Part shown: one piece after another, positions 35,609-42,500 of the stretch | Position numbering within the stretch: position 1 is the stretch's first letter | How the letters are laid out: each line of letters begins with the position of its first letter | Source of the DNA: an uncultured Eubacterium sp. | Lineage (GTDB): Bacteria; Bacillota; Clostridia; Oscillospirales; Acutalibacteraceae | Reading direction: 5' to 3' | Length of the DNA stretch: 42,500 nt | NCBI GenBank assembly: GCA_902462495.1 | Contig: CABQCC010000001.1 | Coordinates: 1-42,500 of the forward strand | Program-made: the position numbers and the translations under genes | The notes under the pieces: generated by a model | The model's input: only the letters and a program-made list of their open reading frames with translations | What the model was told of the DNA's origin: nothing | Databases searched by the model: none

Positions 35609-36247
35609 TTACTTTTGTTCGTTGCTTTGAGCCTTTGCAAGTTCCTCGGCGAAGGTCATAATCTTGTAATTATTGCTGTCCGCCTCGATTTTGTCGGTGA
35701 GGATTTGCACAGTTTCAACAAGTGCCCAAATCTCTGCCGCAACCAAACCGAGTCCAAAGAAAAGTGAGCCGATGAGTGCAACGAGAAGCTGTGCTGTGCC
35801 CTTGCCGTTGTTTCCAAGATAGAAATTGTGAATTCCGAACGCACCGAGTGTTGCGCCCAAAATAACTGCAACATATTTCTTCTTCGGCTTATAGCCTTCG
35901 GGATAATCGGTCATCGGAGCAGGCGCTGACATAACAGGATTGTAATAAGGCGCTTGCTGAGTCGGGTCGTAATAATTCTGCTGTGGCGCACCGAACGGCT
36001 GTGAATACTGCTGATTGCCGTCAAATGAATTTTGATATTCGCCATAGTTCATTTCAGGCTGGGTTGGTGGCTGATAATATGTATTTTCCGGCTGTGGTTG
36101 CTCTGCTCTTTCAACAGAAGCCTCAACCTCCGGCTGAACCTCGTTTTCAGGCTGTGCCTGTGCTGTTGTTTGAGTGTCTTGTTCAACGGTTGTGCAGGTG
36201 CAAAATTCACCCTCGAGCAAATCTCTGCCGCAATTAGGACATTTCAT
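35609..36247 (-). CDS. TM2-domain membrane protein with N-terminal zinc ribbon and Q/P/Y-rich linker
   Basis: MKCPNCG...FCTC; KKKYVAVILGATLGAFGIHNFYLG...G.AQL TM2 motif; AAAGGAG SD favours ATG 36247. Confidence 0.88.
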   Translation of the reverse strand: MKCPNCGRDLLEGEFCTCTTVEQDTQTTAQAQPENEVQPEVEASVERAEQPQPENTYYQPPTQPEMNYGEYQNSFDGNQQYSQPFGAPQQNYYDPTQQAPYYNPVMSAPAPMTDYPEGYKPKKKYVAVILGATLGAFGIHNFYLGNNGKGTAQLLVALIGSLFFGLGLVAAEIWALVETVQILTDKIEADSNNYKIMTFAEELAKAQSNEQK

Positions 36248-36432
36248 AGTTATATCTCCTTTCAAATAACTTTATTGTCTATGTGTATATATTATGACAA
36301 ATTATCGACAAAGTCAAATTTATTTAGTTAACAAATATTATATTTTTTGTAAACACGGGCAAAAACGAACCGAACTATGTAGAAACCACCGCAAAATTTA
36401 TACAAATTTTATAATAATGTAATTAATAAATA

Positions 36433-36461
36433 TTGAATTGTAAAAGATATAGTTATATAAT
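36433..36461 (+). promoter_or_regulatory. Candidate sigma70-type promoter for uxaC-kdgK-eda
   Basis: TTGAAT-N17-TATAAT, 30 bp upstream of ATG 36492. Confidence 0.6.
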
Positions 36462-36491
36462 AAATTTGATTAAACTATCAGGAGAACTGCT

Positions 36492-37892
36492 ATGACAGAA
36501 TTTATGGGTGAGGACTTTTTGCTTGACACGGATTGTGCAAAAAAGCTGTTCCACGATTTTGCGGAAAATATGCCTATTTGCGACTATCACTGTCATTTGA
36601 GTCCAAAAGAAATTTACGAAAACCGTGAACCGAGCGACATATCGGAGCTTTGGCTCTCGGGCGACCACTACAAGTGGAGAGCAATGCGAAGTGCGGGCAT
36701 TGACGAAAAATATTGCACGGGTGACGCTTCGGGTGAAGAAAAGTTCATCAAATTCGGCGAAGCTTTGCAATACTGCATCGGCAATCCGCTGTATCATTGG
36801 GCACACATTGAGCTTCAACGATACTTCGGCATTGACACTCCGCTGAATGCGAAAACTGCGAAAGACATCTACAAAAGAGCAAACGAGGCAATCAAAAACG
36901 GCGATTTTCGTCCGCAGAGTCTTATTACAAACAGCAATGTAAAAGTTGTTTGCACAACGGACGACCCGATTGACAGCCTTGAATATCACAAAAAGCTGAA
37001 AAGTGTTGACGGTTTTGACTGCAAAGTTTTGCCGACATTCAGACCCGAAAAAGCGCTGAACATCCACATTGACGGCTTTGCGAATTACATCAAGGAATTG
37101 AGCAAGGCGGCAGAAATTGAAATTTCATCATACAAAGATGTGATTAACGCCCTGCTGAAAAGATGCGATTATTTCAACGAAGTCGGTTGCAAGGTTTCCG
37201 ACCATTCGTTTGACTATGTGCCGTTTGACATTGCAACGGATGACGAAATTGAAAAAGTGTTCCGCAACGCTATGAACGGCGAAATCCCGACACAGGCTGA
37301 CGGCGATAAATACAGAACAGCCGTACTCCTTGCACTTGGAAAGAAATATCACGAGCTTGACTGGGCAATGGAAATCCACATCGGTGCGCTGCGCAACAAT
37401 TCCACAAGAATGTTCAAGACAATCGGTGCAGACACAGGATTTGACAGCGTCGGCGACTGCGAAATCGCATACACGCTTTCAAGATTTTTGGACGCACTTG
37501 ATGTGAGCAACTCGCTTCCGAAAACGATATTGTTCAACCTCAACGACAAGGACAACACCGTGCTTGCAACAATGCTCGGCAACTTCCAAGGCACAGAGGC
37601 AGAGGGCAAAATTCAGTTTGGACCTGCGTGGTGGTTCCTTGACACAATGGACGGTATGACCGCACAGATGAAGTCGCTCGGCAACCTCGGTGTGCTCGGC
37701 AAATTCATCGGTATGGAAACCGATTCACGCTCGTTCACCTCATACGGCAGACACGAATATTTCAGACGAATTATGTGCCGTTTGCTCGGCAGATGGATTG
37801 AGGACGGATGGTATGCCTATAATGAGGACATACTAAAGGAAATCGTTTGCGGAATTTCCTACAACAACGCAATAAAATATTTCGGATTTTAA
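36492..37892 (+). CDS. uxaC: Uronate (glucuronate) isomerase
   Basis: PICDYHCHL, WLSGDHYKWRAMR, GNPLYHW, CTTDDP, GPAWWFLD, TDSRSFTSYGRHEYFRR. Confidence 0.97.
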   Translation: MTEFMGEDFLLDTDCAKKLFHDFAENMPICDYHCHLSPKEIYENREPSDISELWLSGDHYKWRAMRSAGIDEKYCTGDASGEEKFIKFGEALQYCIGNPLYHWAHIELQRYFGIDTPLNAKTAKDIYKRANEAIKNGDFRPQSLITNSNVKVVCTTDDPIDSLEYHKKLKSVDGFDCKVLPTFRPEKALNIHIDGFANYIKELSKAAEIEISSYKDVINALLKRCDYFNEVGCKVSDHSFDYVPFDIATDDEIEKVFRNAMNGEIPTQADGDKYRTAVLLALGKKYHELDWAMEIHIGALRNNSTRMFKTIGADTGFDSVGDCEIAYTLSRFLDALDVSNSLPKTILFNLNDKDNTVLATMLGNFQGTEAEGKIQFGPAWWFLDTMDGMTAQMKSLGNLGVLGKFIGMETDSRSFTSYGRHEYFRRIMCRLLGRWIEDGWYAYNEDILKEIVCGISYNNAIKYFGF

Positions 37893-37917
37893 TTATATTA
37901 TCAAAAGGTGATTTATT

Positions 37918-39015
37918 ATGAAACTTAAATTAAGACCAAAAGAAGAATGTATGTTTGACGAGGTTTCACTCGGCGAAATTATGCTCAGACTTGACCCGGG
38001 CGAAGGCAGAATAAAAACCGCACGCTCATTCAGAGCCTGGGAGGGCGGCGGAGAATACAATGTTGCCCGTGGACTTCGCAGATGCTTCGGTATGAAAACA
38101 TCTGTTATCACCGCTTTTGCGGAAAACGAAATTGGCTATCTTATGGAAGATTTGATTCTTCAAGGCGGAGTTGACACATCACTCATCAAGTGGGTGCCAT
38201 ATGACGGAATCGGCAGAACAGTACGAAACGGAATCAACTTCACCGAAAGAGGATTTGGCATCCGTGGCGCTGTCGGCGCATCCGACAGAGGCAACACAGC
38301 CGCTTCACAGCTCAAGCCTGAGGACATTGACTGGGATTACATCTTCGGCACACTCGGTGTTCGTTGGCTTCACACAGGCGGAATTTATGCCGCACTTTCC
38401 GAAACTGCCGCTCAAACAGTAATCACAGCCGTTAAAAAAGCAAAAGAATACGGCACAATCGTTTCTTACGACCTCAACTACCGCCCGTCACTTTGGAAAG
38501 GAATCGGCGGTCAGGCAAAGGCACAGGAAGTTAACAAGGAAATTGCAAAATATGTTGATGTTATGATTGGCAACGAGGAGGACTTCACCGCTTCTCTCGG
38601 TTTTGAGGTTGAGGGCAACGACGCCGACCTCAAGGAACTCAATATGGACGGCTACTACAAAATGATTGAAACCGTCACAAAGGCTTATCCAAACTTCAAG
38701 GTTATTGCAACAACGCTCCGCACGGTAAAAACCGCAACAGTCAACGACTGGAAAGCTATTTGCTGGGCAGACGGAAAAATCTACAATTCTCTTGAATATC
38801 CGGGACTTGAAATTCTTGACCGTGTCGGTGGCGGTGACAGCTTTGCATCGGGTCTTATCTACGGCTTGATGACTTATGAGGACGCACAAAAGGCTGTTAA
38901 CTACGGCGTTGTTCACGGCGCACTTGCAATGACAACTCCGGGCGACACATCAATGGCTTCGCTCAAAGAAGTTGAAGCAAAGGTGAACGGCGCAGGCGCT
39001 CGTGTTCAAAGATAA
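37918..39015 (+). CDS. kdgK: 2-keto-3-deoxygluconate kinase (PfkB family)
   Basis: LGEIMLRL, GGGEYNVA, SYDLNYRPSLW, DRVGGGDSFASG; lies between uxaC and eda. Confidence 0.9.
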   Translation: MKLKLRPKEECMFDEVSLGEIMLRLDPGEGRIKTARSFRAWEGGGEYNVARGLRRCFGMKTSVITAFAENEIGYLMEDLILQGGVDTSLIKWVPYDGIGRTVRNGINFTERGFGIRGAVGASDRGNTAASQLKPEDIDWDYIFGTLGVRWLHTGGIYAALSETAAQTVITAVKKAKEYGTIVSYDLNYRPSLWKGIGGQAKAQEVNKEIAKYVDVMIGNEEDFTASLGFEVEGNDADLKELNMDGYYKMIETVTKAYPNFKVIATTLRTVKTATVNDWKAICWADGKIYNSLEYPGLEILDRVGGGDSFASGLIYGLMTYEDAQKAVNYGVVHGALAMTTPGDTSMASLKEVEAKVNGAGARVQR

Positions 39016-39052
39016 TCGCAATAAATATATTAAATTATAGGAGAAAATTACT

Positions 39053-39709
39053 ATGTCAAATAAAATTGAAACTCTTGCAAAAATTCAAGAAGTCGGAATT
39101 GTTGCAGTTGTTCGTGCAACATCCATTGAACAGGCAGAAAAAATCACAGACGCTTGCATTGCCGGCGGTGTGGCAGCCATTGAGCTTACTTTCACCGTTC
39201 CGCACGCGGACAAGCTGATTGAAGCAATGAGAGCAAAGTACAATTCGGGAGAAATCATCATCGGCGCAGGCACGGTTATGGATGCCGCAACAGCAAGAAT
39301 TGCAATCCTTGCAGGCGCCGAATACATTGTTTCGCCGTACTTTGACCCTGAAACCGTAAAATGTTGCAACAGATACGGAATTCCGTCTATGCCGGGCATT
39401 TACACACCGACAGAGGCTGTGCACGCAATGGAATGCGGTGCAGATGTGCTCAAAGTGTTCCCTGGCGACATTGCAGGTCCTCGCTTCATCAAGGACATTC
39501 ACGGTCCTATTCCAAACGCTGTTATGATGCCGTCGGGCGGTGTTGATGTTGACAATGTCAAGGAATGGATAAAGGCAGGCGCCGTTGCTTGCGGTGCAGG
39601 TTCATCGCTTATCGCAGGTGCAAAGACAGGCGATTACGACAAAATCACCGAAACAGGCAAGCTCTTTGTTCAGAGAATCAAAGAAGCAAGAGAAGAAATG
39701 AAGAAGTGA
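39053..39709 (+). CDS. eda: KDPG/KHG aldolase
   Basis: IVAVVR, IELTFTVP, IGAGTV, YIVSP, PG..TPTE, LKVFP, MPSGGV. Confidence 0.95.
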   Translation: MSNKIETLAKIQEVGIVAVVRATSIEQAEKITDACIAGGVAAIELTFTVPHADKLIEAMRAKYNSGEIIIGAGTVMDAATARIAILAGAEYIVSPYFDPETVKCCNRYGIPSMPGIYTPTEAVHAMECGADVLKVFPGDIAGPRFIKDIHGPIPNAVMMPSGGVDVDNVKEWIKAGAVACGAGSSLIAGAKTGDYDKITETGKLFVQRIKEAREEMKK

Positions 39710-39737
39710 TAAAAAAACAAAATCCATAAAAATAGCA

Positions 39738-39776
39738 AAAACCGTAAGTATCGAAAAGTATCGAACTTACGGTTTT
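39738..39776. terminator. Bidirectional terminator between eda and uxuB
   Basis: AAAACCGTAAGT-N15-ACTTACGGTTTT; the stem/loop contains a tandem AAGTATCGAA x2. Confidence 0.75.
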
Positions 39777-39805
39777 ATTATTTGCCATAAAATATTGTTG
39801 GAAGT

Positions 39806-40654
39806 TTATACTCCGCTGTATGCGTTGAAGCCCCCGTCAACAGGAATGTTCACGCCTGTGATGAATCCGCTGTACGCCTCATCGCAAAGGAACAGAAGTG
39901 TTCCGTCAAGTTCCTCAGGTTCGCCAAAACGATTCATAGGAGTTGCGGCAAGGATTTTGCCTGTGCGGGCAGTCGGAGTGCCGTCCTCGTTCCAAAGAAG
40001 CGTTGCGTTCTGCTTGGTTGAGAAAAATCCCGGAGCGATTGCGTTTACTCTGATTCCCATTGGTGCAAAGTGAACAGCCATCCATTCGGTGAAGTTCTTT
40101 ACCGCAGCTTTGGCAGCCGAATATGCAGGAATACGGGTGAGCGGTCTAAACGCATTCATTGAAGTTATCATAACAATGCAAGCGTGCTCTTTTTCCACCA
40201 TATCTCTTGCAAAAACCTGTGTAGGAATAAGAGTGCCAAGGAAGTTGAGATTGAATACAAAAGAAATTCCGTCGGCATCAAGGTCGAAAAAGGTCTTTAC
40301 ATTCTCGTCCTTTTGAACAAGGTCGATTTGCTCCAAAGTGTCCTTTGTGGTTGTGCCCTTTGGATTGTTGCCACCTGCGCCGTTGAGAAGAATGTCGCAA
40401 GTGCCGAGTTTTTCGTTGATGATTTTTCTTGCATTTTGCATTGATTCGCTGTCAAGAACATTGCAACCTACCGCAATAGCTTCACCGCCGTTTGCAACGA
40501 TTTCGTCAGCACAAGCCTGTGCAGCCGCCTCGTTCAAATCAAGCACGGCAACCTTGCAGCCCTGCTTTGCAAGAGTTTTTGCAAACTGTCCGCAGAGGAC
40601 ACCGCCGCCACCTGTAACAACGGCAACCCTGCCCTTTAAATTTTCATGTGTCAT
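39806..40654 (-). CDS. uxuB: SDR oxidoreductase, D-mannonate oxidoreductase (UxuB, SDR type)
   Basis: VTGGGGVLC, LLNGAGGNNP, PLTRIPAYSAAK, RVNAIAPGFF, VDGGFNAYSGV; directly after uxuA; ATG 40654 with GAGGA SD. Confidence 0.85.
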   Translation of the reverse strand: MTHENLKGRVAVVTGGGGVLCGQFAKTLAKQGCKVAVLDLNEAAAQACADEIVANGGEAIAVGCNVLDSESMQNARKIINEKLGTCDILLNGAGGNNPKGTTTKDTLEQIDLVQKDENVKTFFDLDADGISFVFNLNFLGTLIPTQVFARDMVEKEHACIVMITSMNAFRPLTRIPAYSAAKAAVKNFTEWMAVHFAPMGIRVNAIAPGFFSTKQNATLLWNEDGTPTARTGKILAATPMNRFGEPEELDGTLLFLCDEAYSGFITGVNIPVDGGFNAYSGV

Positions 40655-40682
40655 TTTATTGTCCTCGTATCTGAATTGATGT

Positions 40683-41747
40683 TTATTTTCTTGATTTTTC
40701 AACTGCTTCCCAAAGTCCGTTGAGATAGCACGCACCGAGTGCTCTGTCGTAAAGTCCGTAGCCCGGTCTTGCAACCTCGCCCCATATCATTCTGCCGTGA
40801 TCAGGGCGGATATATCCGTCAAAGCCGACCTCCTGCAAAGCCTTTACAATCTCGTACATATCGAGTGAACCTGCATTGCTCTCGTGTGCGGTTTCGTTGA
40901 ACCATTGATTGTTAATCTGCACATTACGAAGATGCGCAAAATAAATTCTGTCGCCTGCCGATTTGATGATTTCCACAATATCGTTGTTTGGACTTGCACC
41001 GAGCGAGCCTGTGCAAAGGGTCAAGCCGTTGTATTTTGACGGCACCATTGCAAGCAATTTTTCAACAGCGGTTTTGTCCGTGATGATTCGTGGAAGTCCA
41101 AAAATGCTCCACGGCGGGTCATCCGGATGTATTGCCATTTTGACATCGCATTCCTCGCAAGTCGGCATAATCGCTTCAAGAAAATATTTTAGGTTTGCCC
41201 ACAAATCGTCCGCAGTAACATCCTTGTATTTCTCAAAAAGCTCCTTGATTTCGCCCATTCGCTCGGTTTCCCAACCCGGCATTGCATAACCGTTTGAGTT
41301 GTCGTCAATCTCTCTGAACATATCTTCGGGCGACTTGCCCTCCACCTGCTTGCCGTCATAGCAAAGGCAGGTTGAGCCGTCAGGCAAAGGCATATAAAGG
41401 TCGGTTCTCGTCCAGTCGAAAACAGGCATAAAGTTGTAGCAAATCACCTTTACGCCGACCTTTGAAAGATTGCGAATAGACTCCTTGTAGTTTTCGATAT
41501 ACCTATCTCTTGACGGCAGACCGATTTTGATGTCCTCGTGCACATTTACACTTTCGATACATTCCATTGTAAGCCCCGAAGCGGTGATTTCGTCATACAT
41601 CGCCTGAACTCTGTCCATAGTCCAAGCCTCACCGGCAGGCAAATCGTGGAAGGCAGGAACAACGCCGACCACATTTGGTATTTGTTTGATTTGGTCGAGA
41701 GAAACTGTGTCTTTTTCTTTACCAAACCATCGAAATGTCATTTGCAT
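40683..41747 (-). CDS. uxuA: Mannonate dehydratase
   Basis: MTFRWFG, IESVNVHEDIK, ICYNFMPVFDWTRT, AIHPDDPP, TLCTGSLG, RPDHGR, PGYGLYDRALG. Confidence 0.97.
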   Translation of the reverse strand: MQMTFRWFGKEKDTVSLDQIKQIPNVVGVVPAFHDLPAGEAWTMDRVQAMYDEITASGLTMECIESVNVHEDIKIGLPSRDRYIENYKESIRNLSKVGVKVICYNFMPVFDWTRTDLYMPLPDGSTCLCYDGKQVEGKSPEDMFREIDDNSNGYAMPGWETERMGEIKELFEKYKDVTADDLWANLKYFLEAIMPTCEECDVKMAIHPDDPPWSIFGLPRIITDKTAVEKLLAMVPSKYNGLTLCTGSLGASPNNDIVEIIKSAGDRIYFAHLRNVQINNQWFNETAHESNAGSLDMYEIVKALQEVGFDGYIRPDHGRMIWGEVARPGYGLYDRALGACYLNGLWEAVEKSRK

Positions 41748-41802
41748 ACGCTTATCCTCCGTTTGTTTATCATCTTAATTTTAGCACATCATTTATACAT
41801 AT

Positions 41803-42500
41803 TCAACTGTTAATCTTTGCTTTTTTAGAAAAAAGAGGAACCTCCTCGCCGATATTTTCAAGCACCTGTGCGTTGCATTTGACTTCTGCCGAATTAAAGT
41901 TCAAGGTGACATCTATCTGCTTTGACTCAATGTTTTCTCTGCCGAATTCGCCGACAAGTTTTTGCTCAGCAAGTTTTTCGGCAAGTTCAAGCAGAGCCTT
42001 ATCCGACAAATTGACCGTGTAGAGGTTATACTCTCTTGCGTAGGTTTTGACTGTGCCGATTGGCAGAGGGCGGTCGTTGATTGTGAGATACGAATTATGT
42101 CGCACAAGTTCTGCCGTTTCTTTTGGGATTTTGCCGACATACAGCGGAATATACAAACCGAAAAACGAAATCGCCTTGTACTCCTTTTCGCCGATATATT
42201 CCCGTCTGCATTGTTCACGGCTGACGGTCAGGCTGAATTTTTCGTTGACCCTTGCAACAAAATCACCGCTTGCGTGTGCAAAAAAGTTTTCTTTTTTCTC
42301 CTCGGGAGCATAAACGCCCGACACAAGGATTGTGCCCTTTGTCACGCTGTCGCCGACAAAAGCCTGCTGCCAACCGTCCTTGACCATTGCCGACACAATC
42401 ACGCCATCTTTGACCGCCGTGAGATTTGTGTACTTGTCACTTTCTATATTCGGCTTTGGCGTTGCTTCTTGGATTTCCACCCTTGCGGTTGTGCCGATTC
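41803..42500 (-). CDS. yqfD: Sporulation protein YqfD, C-terminal part (start outside the window)
   Basis: Frame open to the window edge (IGTTARVEI...); NLTAVKDGVI...G...VGDSVTKGTILVSG...AHASGDFVAR and terminal ENIG resemble YqfD. Confidence 0.8.
   Translation of the reverse strand, partial: IGTTARVEIQEATPKPNIESDKYTNLTAVKDGVIVSAMVKDGWQQAFVGDSVTKGTILVSGVYAPEEKKENFFAHASGDFVARVNEKFSLTVSREQCRREYIGEKEYKAISFFGLYIPLYVGKIPKETAELVRHNSYLTINDRPLPIGTVKTYAREYNLYTVNLSDKALLELAEKLAEQKLVGEFGRENIESKQIDVTLNFNSAEVKCNAQVLENIGEEVPLFSKKAKINS

Noticed and set aside
39746..39765. AAGTATCGAA tandem duplication as a regulator site
   Set aside because: Lies within a terminator between convergent genes; most likely a slippage duplication.
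40655..40774. 40-aa N-terminal extension of the SDR given by the ORF track
   Set aside because: Overlaps uxuA; ATG 40654 has a GAGGA SD and places the TGGGG motif at the normal N-terminal position.

Overview
Chromosomal window from a low-GC, probably spore-forming gut Clostridia-type bacterium (inferred from yqfD, sigma70-type promoters and the absence of outer-membrane genes). The centrepiece is a complete monoderm Tad/Flp (type IVc) pilus locus on the minus strand (about 6.6-25.7 kb): tadV - flp (57 aa, missed by the ORF track) - tadE - cpaB - tadZ - tadA - tadB - tadC - DUF192 - DivIVA-domain protein - an 11-kb gene for a ~3660-aa protein. That giant protein has a TadG-type prepilin N-terminus, long beta-solenoid repeat tracts and four six-Cys modules, and is a candidate giant pilus-tip adhesin. 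The DivIVA-like gene inside the operon suggests a dedicated positioning module. The left flank holds a two-gene GH136 lacto-N-biosidase-like pair plus a GH112 GNB/LNB phosphorylase (partial), tex, an Sfp-type PPTase and a degenerate SGNH protein. The right flank holds a SAM methyltransferase, an intergenic MITE/REP-like mosaic, an L-fucose operon with an AraC regulator, a lipoprotein, an AT-rich VanZ-like gene beside tRNA-Pro(CGG), a TM2 protein, hexuronate genes (uxaC-kdgK-eda convergent with uxuA-uxuB) and partial yqfD. No CRISPR array, prophage or transposase gene was seen. All family calls come from reading motifs by eye; no database search was run.
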